From assembly GCA_964544145.1 (NCBI GenBank), contig CAZJAT010000003.1, positions 7,804 through 71,803 on the forward strand: a stretch of DNA of 64,000 nt, in the 5' to 3' direction. A program made the position numbers and the translations under genes. This document shows, in pieces, positions 19,617 to 30,176 of the stretch. The notes below the pieces were generated by a model, which saw only the letters and a list, made by a program, of their open reading frames with translations, did not search any database and was not told where the DNA came from. Source of the DNA: an uncultured Bacteroidales bacterium. Lineage in GTDB: Bacteria; Hydrothermota; 32-111. How positions within the stretch are numbered: the stretch's first letter is position 1; every line of letters begins with the position of its first letter.

Positions 19617-20130
19617 TGATTTTTTAAAAAAAATATCAAATAAGGAATCTACTGATAAAAACAATCCTTTCAATCAAATTTTTCAAAAAAAAAGAGACAC
19701 TGTAAGAAAAGAAAACCCTGTAATTGAAAAAAAAGAAGCCGGTCTGGATGGTATTGAAAATCTTGGTAAAACAGGCACGCCAGCAGCTGAAGTTGATTTT
19801 GAAACTGATGTTCCTGCAGATAAGATACCCAGTAAAAAAATAGCAGATGAGAATATTCTGGAGACCCAGAATGAGAACATTGATAAATCTACATCTTCAA
19901 TTCCGACGAAAAATCTAGAAAATTCTGATATATTTAAAGACAACACTGATGATGCTGAAGGTAATCTTATAATAAATACAAGTTCTTCTTATAATAACCT
20001 CGATTTCGGTTCAGAGAACAGTAATCAGAATCCTTTTACACAGGATATCATAAACAAAGTCTCTCAAATGCTCAAGGAAAATAAATGGAAAGATGCAGTA
20101 AAACTCATTGAAGGGACTAAAAATGAGTAA
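19603..20130 (+). CDS. hypothetical low-complexity (disordered) protein
   Basis: 175 aa, rich in polar residues (N/S/E/K) with no motif. Its start overlaps the upstream stop and its stop overlaps the pyrR start. Confidence 0.35.
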   Translation: MSMSDDFLKKISNKESTDKNNPFNQIFQKKRDTVRKENPVIEKKEAGLDGIENLGKTGTPAAEVDFETDVPADKIPSKKIADENILETQNENIDKSTSSIPTKNLENSDIFKDNTDDAEGNLIINTSSSYNNLDFGSENSNQNPFTQDIINKVSQMLKENKWKDAVKLIEGTKNE

Positions 20131-20665
20131 AAGGGATTATATACTTGCTGACAGCAAGGCAGTAAATGAGCTAATTGAAAAAATGTCTGAGTTCATTATT
20201 TCCAAAATGAAAACTACTAATGAATCAGTATTAATCGGCATTATCAAAAGAGGCGACATTATTGCGGGTAGGATTAATAATATAATCAGAGAAAAAACAG
20301 GAAAAGATATTCCTGTAGGTAAAATTGATATCAATCTATATAGGGATGATCTGTCTCTTATTGATTATCACCCCACTATTGAGCATACAGATATACCCTT
20401 TGATATCAATGGTAAGAATATTTTCCTTATTGATGATGTCTTCTTCACAGGCAGAACAATCCGAAGTGCATTAAATGAAATCATCGATTTCGGGAGACCC
20501 AGAAAGATTTTATTCTGCACTCTTGTTGACCGGAACAGTCACGAATTACCTATAAAACCTGATTTTGCAGCAATTGATATCAATATACCGAATAAAAACA
20601 ATGTAAATGTAGAATTAAATGAGTGTGACAGTCATGACCGCATCATGATTATTAAGGAGGATTGA
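20108..20665 (+). CDS. pyrR: bifunctional pyrimidine operon regulator / uracil phosphoribosyltransferase PyrR
   Basis: 185 aa with a PRTase motif 'IFLIDDVFFTGRTIRSAL' and a 'GIIKRGDIIAGRI' segment. Confidence 0.85.
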   Translation: MKGLKMSKRDYILADSKAVNELIEKMSEFIISKMKTTNESVLIGIIKRGDIIAGRINNIIREKTGKDIPVGKIDINLYRDDLSLIDYHPTIEHTDIPFDINGKNIFLIDDVFFTGRTIRSALNEIIDFGRPRKILFCTLVDRNSHELPIKPDFAAIDINIPNKNNVNVELNECDSHDRIMIIKED

Positions 20666-21591
20666 TGAAGTGGACTAAAAAACATCTGCTATCAATTGAA
20701 GATCTTTCTGTTAATGAAATCAATATGATTCTGGACAATGCTTTCCCATTTAAAGATGTATTAAACAGACCAATCAAAAAGGTCCCCGCTTTAAGAGGAA
20801 AAACCGTTGTCAACCTCTTTTTTGAACCAAGTACCAGAACACTTATATCCTTCGCACTTGCTGAAAAGCACCTGTCAGCTGATTCAGTTAATGTAAACGC
20901 GAAAAGCTCATCAGTACTTAAGGGTGAAACATTACTTGATACTGCTAAGAATATTGAATCAATGAAGACAGATATGGTTGTTATACGTCATTCATCACCC
21001 GGAGCTGCTCAGTTCCTGGCAGAACGGATAGATTCTAATGTCATAAATGCCGGAGATGGGATTCATGAACATCCGACTCAGTGCTTACTGGATTTGATGA
21101 CTATTCGTGAAAATTTCAAGCAGTTCAAGGGTTTGAATGTTCTTATACTTGGAGATATAATGCATTCAAGAGTAGCAAGATCATTAATGTGGGCTTTCAA
21201 CAAATTGAATATCAATACAACACTCTGTGCCCCACCCACATTAGTACCTATGTATGCTGAAAATTTTAATGTTAAAATTGAGTATGATATTGATAATGCA
21301 ATAAAGAACAAAGATATTATATATATTTTAAGGGTCCAGCTTGAAAGACAGAAAAGCGGACTATTCCCTTCCATTAGGGAATATGTCAAATATTTTTCCC
21401 TTACAGAGGAACGTTTTGATAAAATACGCCATAAAACTGTGATAATGCACCCCGGTCCAATAAACAGAGGAGTTGAAATGGACGGGACTGTAGCAGACAG
21501 TGATAAATCAGTAATACTTGATCAAGTGACAAACGGAGTAGCTGTTCGTATGTCTATTCTCTACCTGCTAAACGGAGGATCAAATGGCTGA
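20662..21591 (+). CDS. pyrB: aspartate carbamoyltransferase catalytic subunit
   Basis: 'FFEPSTRTLISF' (STRTR motif) and 'HEHPTQCLLDLMTI' (HPxQ). 309 aa. Confidence 0.9.
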   Translation: MMKWTKKHLLSIEDLSVNEINMILDNAFPFKDVLNRPIKKVPALRGKTVVNLFFEPSTRTLISFALAEKHLSADSVNVNAKSSSVLKGETLLDTAKNIESMKTDMVVIRHSSPGAAQFLAERIDSNVINAGDGIHEHPTQCLLDLMTIRENFKQFKGLNVLILGDIMHSRVARSLMWAFNKLNINTTLCAPPTLVPMYAENFNVKIEYDIDNAIKNKDIIYILRVQLERQKSGLFPSIREYVKYFSLTEERFDKIRHKTVIMHPGPINRGVEMDGTVADSDKSVILDQVTNGVAVRMSILYLLNGGSNG

Positions 21592-22852
21592 AAATATTTT
21601 ACGTAACTGTACTGTTTATAATCATGATAAAACGTTAAAGAATGTAGATATTACAATCAAAAACGGCAAGATTGCACAAATTCAGAAAGCACAATCAAAG
21701 AAAGGGCTGGATATGACCGGTATGGCAGTTATGCCCGGTTTAATAGATATGCATGTTCATTTCAGAGAACCAGGCGAAGAACACAAAGAAGACATGTTTT
21801 CAGGTATCGTTGCTGCCGTTAAAGGAGGATTTACAGGTGTATGCACAATGCCAAATACAAACCCGCCTATAGATAATCCGCAATCTATCACATATCTTAG
21901 AAATACAGCTTCCAATATTGGAAAATGTGATGTGTTCCCGTTTGGAGCTATTTCAAAAGGATTAGAAGGACATGAAATCACGGAGATGTATGATATGATT
22001 AAGGCAGGAGCATATGGTTTCACTGATGATGGGGCTGGAACAAAAGATGCAAATATTATGGTAAATGCAATTAAATACGCATCCAGATTTGATATTGCAT
22101 TCACCACTCATTGCGAAGACCATGATTTAACAGAAGATGGACAGATAAATGAATCAAAAATATCGCTCGAAACAGGGCTTAAGGGTATTCCCTCTATTGA
22201 TGAAACTACATCTGTATTCAGGAATCTTTCAATTGCTTCCTATCTGAATGCACCAATGCATATAGCACATATTTCACTTGCCGAAACCCTTTCAATAATC
22301 AAGGACTTTAAAAAGAAAAATAATAGAATTACCTGCGAAGTCACTCCACATCATCTTATATTCAATGAACAGATTCATAAGACATTTAATACGAATTATA
22401 AGGTTAAACCGCCATTAAGATCCATTAGAGATAATAAGGCCTTATTGAAAGGAATAATTGACGGGAGTATTGATGTAATTGCTACAGACCACGCTCCGCA
22501 TCAGCTTTATGAAAAGGAAGTTGAATTTATATTTGCTCCATTCGGCATGATAGGTTTGGAAACAGCATTACCATCATTATATTCATATTTTATAAAAACA
22601 AATAAACTCAGTTTCAATCATTTGGCTAAAACAATGGCTTACAAACCATCTAAGATTCTCCATATTGAAGAACATTCTATTAAAGAGGGAAATCAGGCAA
22701 ATATAACAGTATTCAATCCAAATGTTGAAATATCAGTAGACAGGAAATATATCAAGAGCAAATCAATAAATACACCGTTCTGGAACAAAAAGCTGTCAGG
22801 TGCTGTTGAATATACCATATATAAGGGACGAATTGTATATAAGAGGATTTAG
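21584..22852 (+). CDS. pyrC: dihydroorotase (class I)
   Basis: 'GLIDMHVHFREPG' metal-binding motif and 'ATDHAPH'. 422 aa. Confidence 0.85.
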   Translation: MAENILRNCTVYNHDKTLKNVDITIKNGKIAQIQKAQSKKGLDMTGMAVMPGLIDMHVHFREPGEEHKEDMFSGIVAAVKGGFTGVCTMPNTNPPIDNPQSITYLRNTASNIGKCDVFPFGAISKGLEGHEITEMYDMIKAGAYGFTDDGAGTKDANIMVNAIKYASRFDIAFTTHCEDHDLTEDGQINESKISLETGLKGIPSIDETTSVFRNLSIASYLNAPMHIAHISLAETLSIIKDFKKKNNRITCEVTPHHLIFNEQIHKTFNTNYKVKPPLRSIRDNKALLKGIIDGSIDVIATDHAPHQLYEKEVEFIFAPFGMIGLETALPSLYSYFIKTNKLSFNHLAKTMAYKPSKILHIEEHSIKEGNQANITVFNPNVEISVDRKYIKSKSINTPFWNKKLSGAVEYTIYKGRIVYKRI

Positions 22853-25419
22853 TGAAATACGATTTTAATATTAATGACATAGATGATATTCTGAGCCGCG
22901 AATCAAAATATATAAAAGAACTCAAGAATGAATTTGGCAAACAAGATGAATTTTCTTCCAATATCAGACGCATAGTATCAATCGCAAGAAAGCGAAAGAT
23001 TGACCATGATTGTCTGAACCCATTCAGAGAATCAGTTGATACAGGTATAATATATGTAATCATTGGCTATAAAAACTTTGAAATATTATCGTCAATGTTT
23101 CCTCTTTTACTCAGTGATTCAATTGATAAAACAGATTTAAAAAATACTGTCAGGAATATGTATAAAAAAACAGCTGAAACTGATGGTAAATTGACTCTTA
23201 TATTTGAATTAACTGTAATTAAAGCATTTATCAATTATTACAGGGATAATAAAAAAAATAAGAATAACCGGGAATTTCTAAATGCTATAAACACATTGAG
23301 AGACACATTGATTGAAATCCGAAATGAGATATGTTCATATATAGTTTTCAACAGGGATTTTCACAGAAATATCCTGGATAAAGCACTTATAACGCCTCAG
23401 ATTGCATTCAGTGATTCATGGGATTTGCTGAAAGAAAAGGTATCCTCTTACTATTTCCCCTATGAATTATTTGTAGACCTTGTTGCTTTCTACAATACAT
23501 TAGCATCATTAGATAGAGAAATTGAGATCATTAAGTATTTTGAAGAAAAAACAGTATGGTCTATTGATGATATATCATCACCGCCTCATTCATTTTATCT
23601 GCCATACCTGAGGGATGAAGTAAAGAGCATTATTCTTAAAACAATCGCAAAAAAAAGCAAACAAACAAGGGAATATTTGATTAAGGAAGAGAATGATCTT
23701 AATGCACAGATAAACAGTATTAAAAAAAGCATTAATGATGATTTAAAGGAATTTGACACTGCATTTATTCAAGAACTCTCAGCATCGCTTCACTACCCTG
23801 CTAATATAAATCTGATAAGCAATATCAATTCCTACATTATAGATTTCAACAGAAAGACAATGGGCAATATTATAATGGCAAATAAAATATTGGAAAGATT
23901 CAGCATGCTTAAGAAAAAATTTATTAAAAATGAGCAAATGCGCAATATCACATATGATCAGTTGATGTCCATATTCAAAAAACAAGGTTTCATTGAAAAC
24001 TCTGATATATTCCTTTCAATTGCCGCTTATAGCGATTATCAGAAACATTTTGATGATTTGTTTGAAAAGAATAAAAAATATGTGTTAAAAATAACTAAAA
24101 CATCGTTTAATAAAATGAAGGGAATGTATAAGGAAAACAGCAGTAAAGATATAGAAGAACAGCTGCTTCTAATGAAAAACATTCTGACTTCAAAAACATT
24201 TTCAACAAAATTCAACTATGATTTTGTACGCGATAATTTTCGTGATATAATGAGTTCAATTGAAAATGATATCATTGTATTTCTTCTGCTTAATAATATC
24301 CGTGTCTTCAATATGGAATATTCACAAACACGTGTGAAAGAGAAAAAAGAATATTTTTATATCAATAATTACCTGATTCCACATGGCAAACTTTATTATT
24401 TTGACGGTAAAATACCATGTTCCCGCACAAAACTGAATATCCGTGAAGACAATATCAACACTATTGGCCAAATCTTAAAAAAACATTATTCAAAGGTTGT
24501 ATCATCCTTAGTTTATGATATCAGAGGTTCTTCATTTATGAGTGATAAATTGAATAATGCAGAAAAACAGGTTTATATAATGAGAAAATACCAAGGTATA
24601 ATTAACAATATCATTAAGGTCAATAATGGCTTCCCTATTAAAGAAACCGGCGATGGCGGGATTTCTCTGTTTTTCAGTAAAAGTAAGGAATTATACAGGA
24701 ATCTTTATAAAGAAACAATGTCATCAAGAAATGTGCATATAAGACACTCAATTGCAACCGGTGCGAACCTCAGCCTGAAGGAAGCAGAGTCATCTGCTTC
24801 AGAAGCTATGGATTGCTCAATTAAACTCATAGATGCAACAGAAAAATTCATTAAAGATAATTACATTAATTACAGAGAATGGTTTTTTGATGTACATGAG
24901 AGAAAAGTCATACATGAAGGAATAGAATATGCATTGCTTCCCCCTGAATTCAAATCACTTTTCCGAATTGGAATAGGTATATCATCGGGCATAATCAATA
25001 AAGATTTAAGTCTCAATGTTAATGCATATGGAGATGTGGATGTCTATGGCTCATCAATAAATGAAGCAAAAAATTTTTCAGAAGGTAAAGATCCTTCAAA
25101 ATCAGTAATAATGATTGATCATATCACATTATTCAATCTTATACTCAATAAAGAGTTTTTTATTGATGATATTGATATTGAGAGAGATGATTTTATGAAG
25201 AATTTCCTTAATCTACTTAAAAATGAATCAACACTTACATTGAAACATATTGGAAATTTTGAGATTAATTTACTTGGGACTTATTCAAAATCAAAAAAGG
25301 ATAAGTCAAAGAGAATGCTCTTTGACTCAATCCCTTCTGATTTACAAATTGACGAAAATGGGATTTTGTATTCAGCAAATGAGCCTATTAAACTCATCTA
25401 CCAAATTACATTGAAATAA
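22852..25419 (+). CDS. large uncharacterised protein with C-terminal divergent class-III nucleotidyl cyclase homology domain (CHD)
   Basis: 855 aa with a GTG start overlapping the pyrC TAG stop by 1 nt. The C-terminal ~250 aa carry ordered CHD-like motifs: 'LVYDIRGSSF' (F.DI.GFT-like), 'ETGDGGISLFF' (IGD-like), 'FRIGIGISSGII' (RIGIHTG-like) and 'DVYGSSINEAKNF' (GD.VN.A.R-like). The N-terminal ~550 aa have no recognisable domain. Confidence 0.5.
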   Translation: MKYDFNINDIDDILSRESKYIKELKNEFGKQDEFSSNIRRIVSIARKRKIDHDCLNPFRESVDTGIIYVIIGYKNFEILSSMFPLLLSDSIDKTDLKNTVRNMYKKTAETDGKLTLIFELTVIKAFINYYRDNKKNKNNREFLNAINTLRDTLIEIRNEICSYIVFNRDFHRNILDKALITPQIAFSDSWDLLKEKVSSYYFPYELFVDLVAFYNTLASLDREIEIIKYFEEKTVWSIDDISSPPHSFYLPYLRDEVKSIILKTIAKKSKQTREYLIKEENDLNAQINSIKKSINDDLKEFDTAFIQELSASLHYPANINLISNINSYIIDFNRKTMGNIIMANKILERFSMLKKKFIKNEQMRNITYDQLMSIFKKQGFIENSDIFLSIAAYSDYQKHFDDLFEKNKKYVLKITKTSFNKMKGMYKENSSKDIEEQLLLMKNILTSKTFSTKFNYDFVRDNFRDIMSSIENDIIVFLLLNNIRVFNMEYSQTRVKEKKEYFYINNYLIPHGKLYYFDGKIPCSRTKLNIREDNINTIGQILKKHYSKVVSSLVYDIRGSSFMSDKLNNAEKQVYIMRKYQGIINNIIKVNNGFPIKETGDGGISLFFSKSKELYRNLYKETMSSRNVHIRHSIATGANLSLKEAESSASEAMDCSIKLIDATEKFIKDNYINYREWFFDVHERKVIHEGIEYALLPPEFKSLFRIGIGISSGIINKDLSLNVNAYGDVDVYGSSINEAKNFSEGKDPSKSVIMIDHITLFNLILNKEFFIDDIDIERDDFMKNFLNLLKNESTLTLKHIGNFEINLLGTYSKSKKDKSKRMLFDSIPSDLQIDENGILYSANEPIKLIYQITLK

Positions 25420-25626
25420 TTATTTTCCCTTTTTCTGATACTTTTTAATAAACTTATCAACCCTTCCGGCTGTATCAACAAATTTCTGTTTACCGGTAAA
25501 GAAAGGATGACATTTTGAGCAGATTTCAACCTTTATAAGAGGCTTGGTTGCTTTTGTCTTTATTTCATTACCGCAGGCACATTGAATTGTTGCGTCAACA
25601 TAATTAGGGTGTATTCCTTTTTTCAT
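25420..25626 (-). CDS. rpmE: 50S ribosomal protein L31
   Basis: 68 aa with 'MKKGIHPNY' and 'CxCG...[10 protein letters not shown]'. Confidence 0.9.
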   Translation of the reverse strand: MKKGIHPNYVDATIQCACGNEIKTKATKPLIKVEICSKCHPFFTGKQKFVDTAGRVDKFIKKYQKKGK

Positions 25627-25637
25627 TTTTCCTCCTG

Positions 25638-26897
25638 TTACTGCGACATCATGTTTAGAAATTCTTTATTTGTTTTCGTTGTTTCCATTCTGTTTATGAG
25701 AAATTCCATTGCTTCTACAGGGTTCATTTCACTAAGCAGCTTTCTCAATACCCATACACGTGATAGCTCGTTTTCTGAAAGCAATAAATTCTCTTTTCTA
25801 GTACCTGACTTATTAACATCCATTGCCGGGAAAATCCTGCGGTCAGCAAGACGCCTATCTAACACTAACTCCATATTACCTGTACCTTTGAATTCTTCAA
25901 AAATCACTTCATCCATTCTGGAACCGGTTTCAATAAGAGCAGTCGCTATGATTGTCAGTGAACCACCATTTTCAATATTTCGTGCAGCTCCAAAGAATCT
26001 CTTCGGTTTATGCAGTGCATTTGAATCAACACCGCCTGAAAGAGTCCTGCCGCTATGCGGAGTAACCACATTATAAGCCCTTGCTAATCTAGTAATGGAA
26101 TCAAGTAAAATAACCACATCCTTCTTCTGTTCAACCAGACGTTTAGCTCTCTCAATTACGATACTTGCCACCTGAACATGTCTGTCAGCAGGCTCATCAA
26201 ATGTAGAGGATATAACTTCTCCTTTAACTGACCGCTCCATATCTGTTACCTCTTCAGGTCTTTCGTCAATAAGGAGCACTATAAGCATTATCTCCGGATG
26301 ATTAATTGAGATGGCATTTGCTATCTTCTGAAGCAAAATTGTCTTACCTGCTCTTGGAGGAGATACGATAAGAGATCTCTGTCCCTTTCCAATAGGTGAC
26401 AGAAGATTCATCACTCTCAGTGATATGTCTTTTTCATCAATTTCCAAATCTATTTTCTCTTCTGGATATAAAGGTGTCAGATTATCAAAGAGAATTTTCT
26501 TTATTGCATCCTGATATTCCACATAATTGATCTTTTCAATTTTGATTAAGGCAAAATACTTCTCATTATCCTTTGGGGGACGAATATGTCCTGATATTGT
26601 ATCACCTGTTTCCAAACCAAACCTCTTAATTTGAGAAGGAGATACATAAATATCCATTGGACCCGGCAAATATGAATATTCAGGCTGCCTAAGAAATCCA
26701 AATCCCTCTTTTGATATTTCAAGAACACCTTCTCCAAAAATATCACCATTCTTTTCAGCCTGTTTCTCCAAAACTCTGAATATCAGGTCCTGTTTTCTCA
26801 GTGTATTGATATTATCCACTTTTAATTCTTTTGCCATTACTACTAGTTCATCAAAACTTTTTTTCTTCAAATCCTCAATTTTCATACTGTACTTCAC
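25638..26897 (-). CDS. rho: transcription termination factor Rho
   Basis: An N-terminal RNA-binding region, Walker A '[10 protein letters not shown]', the Q- and R-loops, and a C-terminal 'EFLNMM' segment. Confidence 0.9.
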   Translation of the reverse strand: MKYSMKIEDLKKKSFDELVVMAKELKVDNINTLRKQDLIFRVLEKQAEKNGDIFGEGVLEISKEGFGFLRQPEYSYLPGPMDIYVSPSQIKRFGLETGDTISGHIRPPKDNEKYFALIKIEKINYVEYQDAIKKILFDNLTPLYPEEKIDLEIDEKDISLRVMNLLSPIGKGQRSLIVSPPRAGKTILLQKIANAISINHPEIMLIVLLIDERPEEVTDMERSVKGEVISSTFDEPADRHVQVASIVIERAKRLVEQKKDVVILLDSITRLARAYNVVTPHSGRTLSGGVDSNALHKPKRFFGAARNIENGGSLTIIATALIETGSRMDEVIFEEFKGTGNMELVLDRRLADRRIFPAMDVNKSGTRKENLLLSENELSRVWVLRKLLSEMNPVEAMEFLINRMETTKTNKEFLNMMSQ

Positions 26898-26948
26898 TTT
26901 TTGTTAGGGTTAAAAAGACATCATAATATAACGTTTTTCACTTATATG

Positions 26949-28721
26949 TCAAGTATTAGCAATATCCTGCTCTGAATTCTTCAATTTATCTGATTGTGCA
27001 TCAATCTCCTGCACATTGGATAAAATCTCTTGCATTGATGCACTCTGCTCTTCAATTGAAGCTGCAATTTCCTCAGTATTTGTTGATGTGCGTGTTGAGA
27101 GATCTGATATCTCCGAAATTTTATTTATATAGGATTCAATTGATCCCATCTGTTCATGAGAGGCATTGGATATTTCTTTAATCATATTAACTGTAAGCGT
27201 TATTGCTTTTGATATCTGCTCGAACTGATCTTTTGTTTCATTCATAAGCAGTTTACCATCATTAACATTTTTATGCTGGGATACAATAAGTCCCACTGTC
27301 ATTTCAATGTCATCCCTTATCTCCTTGATTAGAGATGCAATTCTCTTTGTTGACTGTGATGATTGTTCTGCCAATTCTCTGATTTCTTCAGCTACAACGG
27401 TAAATCCCTTACCATACTCGCCCACACGTGCTGCTTCAATTGCCGCATTCAATGCAAGCAAATCCGTCTGCTCTGATATTTTTGTAATTATATCCAGTAT
27501 CTCGTTTATTTGATCCGAACGCTGTTGCAGCATTTCTATCTTCTGTTTAGTTTTGTCCACATTAGTTACAATTAAATCATAATTCTTTATAGTTTCAAAC
27601 ACTTTATCCAATCCTTCACTTGATGCATTATTTGCCTTCTTTGAAGCTGTCTGAGACATATTAACCTTTGATGTGACACTTTCGGAAAGACTTTTAATCT
27701 TGCTTATCTCATTGTGTGCCCCTTGAACCATCTCATTCTGGGCATTCATATCAATTGAAATATTTTGAATAGTTGCAGATACCTCTTCAGAGGAAGCTGT
27801 GATTTGTTCACCTGTTGCTGCAAGTTGACCGGTTAATGAGCTGAGTTCCTCACTGAGATTCATCATCAGATTGAGTAATGAGATAATACGGTTGAGAAGT
27901 CCATTAAAACTTGAAGTCATTATGCCCACTTCATCAGATGTAGTAACTGCCAGAGCATCCAGTTCTCTGATATTGCCTAATTGCATTTTCAGCAGATAAT
28001 CATTCATAATTTCAATTGGTTTCACAACAGTCAGAGAAAGTACAATAGTCAATGCAATATTTACTGTTATAAGAATTAAATACAGAAAAATGTTATTGCT
28101 AATCATAAAATTGCAGTAAATTGTAAAAAACATTATAAAATTGATTGTCAGAATAAATTTCCATTTCAATTTTATCTGCCTGATTTTACCTTTTATACTT
28201 TCCATCTCCTTACCTGTAAATTTATACCTATGTAATTGTCTGAAAAATACCATCTGCGTGAGGTAAAAATTAACCATTCCCATGAATATAGCAATAATAA
28301 ACGAATCAGCCATAGCAATAGCAAATGATTTTATTGCAAAACCCTGAATAACCAAAATTAAACCAAGCACAATTGGTGCTATAGAAAAATGCAAGAACAT
28401 ATGTAATGCTGAAGCATATGGACTATTCATCATAAAGAGATATTCTTTTAATTTAATATCCGTTATGTCTTTTCTGTTGACATATTTACGGAATCTATAT
28501 CTCTGGAAAATATCATACTCAACCGCAAGTGCTGGACCTACAATCGCACCGAATATAATAATACTCCTCATATAACCTTCTGCCACTTCAACCGTTGCAG
28601 GGATAAGAAGCAACAGAAGCGGAAGCCCTATGAATAGAGCCGGTAAATTCGTCAATGTAGCAAATAGATTGATATATTTTTTCATAAACACCTCATGTTT
28701 CTTCAATGATTCCTTTTTCAA
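26949..28721 (-). CDS. methyl-accepting chemotaxis protein
   Basis: Two TM helices plus HAMP, and a highly conserved signalling hairpin '[34 protein letters not shown]'. Confidence 0.85.
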   Translation of the reverse strand: MKKESLKKHEVFMKKYINLFATLTNLPALFIGLPLLLLLIPATVEVAEGYMRSIIIFGAIVGPALAVEYDIFQRYRFRKYVNRKDITDIKLKEYLFMMNSPYASALHMFLHFSIAPIVLGLILVIQGFAIKSFAIAMADSFIIAIFMGMVNFYLTQMVFFRQLHRYKFTGKEMESIKGKIRQIKLKWKFILTINFIMFFTIYCNFMISNNIFLYLILITVNIALTIVLSLTVVKPIEIMNDYLLKMQLGNIRELDALAVTTSDEVGIMTSSFNGLLNRIISLLNLMMNLSEELSSLTGQLAATGEQITASSEEVSATIQNISIDMNAQNEMVQGAHNEISKIKSLSESVTSKVNMSQTASKKANNASSEGLDKVFETIKNYDLIVTNVDKTKQKIEMLQQRSDQINEILDIITKISEQTDLLALNAAIEAARVGEYGKGFTVVAEEIRELAEQSSQSTKRIASLIKEIRDDIEMTVGLIVSQHKNVNDGKLLMNETKDQFEQISKAITLTVNMIKEISNASHEQMGSIESYINKISEISDLSTRTSTNTEEIAASIEEQSASMQEILSNVQEIDAQSDKLKNSEQDIANT

Positions 28722-29043
28722 TTAATCGTCTAAATGCTCTTCTGATATGGGGAATCACAATTGATCCTCCTACAATAAGCGCAATATTAAATACTTCTAT
28801 AAATTCATCCTTATTAACCTTTTCATCCACACATTTTCCAATATGATATGTAATACAATCATCACATCTCATTACCATTGACGATACCAATCCAAGCATT
28901 TCCTTAGTCTTACTGCTAAGCGCTCCACCACGGTAAACATTTGAATCTAAAGCAAAAAACCTTTTCGTGTCAGTATTGCTGTTTTTAAGAAGCAGTTCAT
29001 TTATTTCTTCTCTTTCTTTATGGAATGTATCATTGTTTTCCAT
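28693..29043 (-). CDS. carboxymuconolactone decarboxylase / AhpD-like family protein
   Basis: 116 aa with a 'CDDCITYH' motif (the CxxC...H signature of the AhpD-like fold). Confidence 0.65.
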   Translation of the reverse strand: MENNDTFHKEREEINELLLKNSNTDTKRFFALDSNVYRGGALSSKTKEMLGLVSSMVMRCDDCITYHIGKCVDEKVNKDEFIEVFNIALIVGGSIVIPHIRRAFRRLIEKGIIEET

Positions 29044-29180
29044 CTATTCTCCGTCTCTGTAACTGTTTGTTTGGAATTTCATAATATTTCGAATTACAAT
29101 CTTTATATCATAATTTAATTTAATCGTCAATACTAATGTGATAATATTGACATGGAATATTTATATGCTATTCTATAACA

Positions 29181-29540
29181 ATGAAAAAGATCTATATTAT
29201 CGAGGATGATGATGATATCATTGACCTCATCAGTATAATCCTTGAAGGAAAATATGAATTAGATTTTTCCAAATCAGTAAGGTTTGTTTTGGATAATCCT
29301 GATGTTGTCCGAAATGCAGATATGATAATTACAGACTTCCTTTCAAATGATTTAACATGTAAATCTCTTATTGACGACCTTCCAGGCCACCGCTATCTTA
29401 TAATAACTGCTTATCCGGAAAATTCTCATCCTATTAAAGAACTGTTAGAGCTGAATAATGTTGAATTTCTTCAAAAACCATTTAATATCAATGATCTTGA
29501 GCAGAAAATATCATTCCTACTGGGAATGTCTCAATCTTGA
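29181..29540 (+). CDS. orphan response-regulator receiver domain protein (CheY-like)
   Basis: 119 aa with 'IIEDDDD' (acidic pocket), the phospho-acceptor Asp in 'MIITDF', 'IITAY' (Thr/Ser) and 'LQKPF' (Lys-Pro). Confidence 0.7.
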   Translation: MKKIYIIEDDDDIIDLISIILEGKYELDFSKSVRFVLDNPDVVRNADMIITDFLSNDLTCKSLIDDLPGHRYLIITAYPENSHPIKELLELNNVEFLQKPFNINDLEQKISFLLGMSQS

Positions 29541-30140
29541 CATAACTTCCTTATATTCACTTCCCTTAAGCATTGAACCAATATGATTTAGAGAAACAAG
29601 CAGATACATTACACCCATTACTGTAGATATACCTATCAATAACGGCGAATAACCGAGCATATATGAATATACGGGCATTATGAGCATGAGAATAAGACCA
29701 AGGAATGCAGGTCTCTTTATTGTAGGTGTTATAATTAGAAATAAAACTGCATATGACACCATGAGCACCGGCATTAATGCTACAAGAGCACCTACTGATG
29801 TTGCCAGTCCGGTCCCTCCTTTAAATCCTATATATATGGGAAATACATGGCCTACAACGGCCAAAACAGCTGCAAATATCATTATAACCTCATGACTGCC
29901 TGTCAGTTGACGCACTATAAGAACAGGTACAGCACCTTTGGCTATATCAAAAACCATTGTAATGATTCCTAAGAATACCCCTCCATTAACAAAAACATTG
30001 GTCGTACCAATATTTTTCCGTAAACCGATTTTTCTAATATCTTTTCCGGTTTTCAATTTATAAAAAATATACCCTGAGGGGAATGCTCCTATAAGATATG
30101 CGATTGTAATTAGTAAAGCGTAATAAATATAAGTTTTCAT
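29517..30140 (-). CDS. plsY: glycerol-3-phosphate acyltransferase PlsY
   Basis: 207 aa multi-TM protein with 'GSGNIGATNV'-like 'IGTTNVFVNGG' and 'FKGGTGLATS' motifs. Confidence 0.85.
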   Translation of the reverse strand: MKTYIYYALLITIAYLIGAFPSGYIFYKLKTGKDIRKIGLRKNIGTTNVFVNGGVFLGIITMVFDIAKGAVPVLIVRQLTGSHEVIMIFAAVLAVVGHVFPIYIGFKGGTGLATSVGALVALMPVLMVSYAVLFLIITPTIKRPAFLGLILMLIMPVYSYMLGYSPLLIGISTVMGVMYLLVSLNHIGSMLKGSEYKEVMSRLRHSQ

Positions 30141-30148
30141 AAGGATTA

Positions 30149-30172
30149 ACGGGGACCCGTTGGGTCCCCGTT
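30149..30172 (-). terminator. GC-rich perfect hairpin between pilQ stop and plsY start
   Basis: ACGGGGACCC-GTT-GGGTCCCCGT, a 9-10 bp stem of perfect complementarity. The U-tract is weak on the minus strand. Confidence 0.35.
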
Positions 30173-30176
30173 TGAT

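Noticed and set aside
20000-20110. Looked for a PyrR-binding attenuator RNA upstream of pyrR/pyrB
   Set aside because: The region is coding (overlapping upstream gene). No conserved PyrR box-like stem-loop (…AGUCCAGAGAGGCU…) was recognisable.
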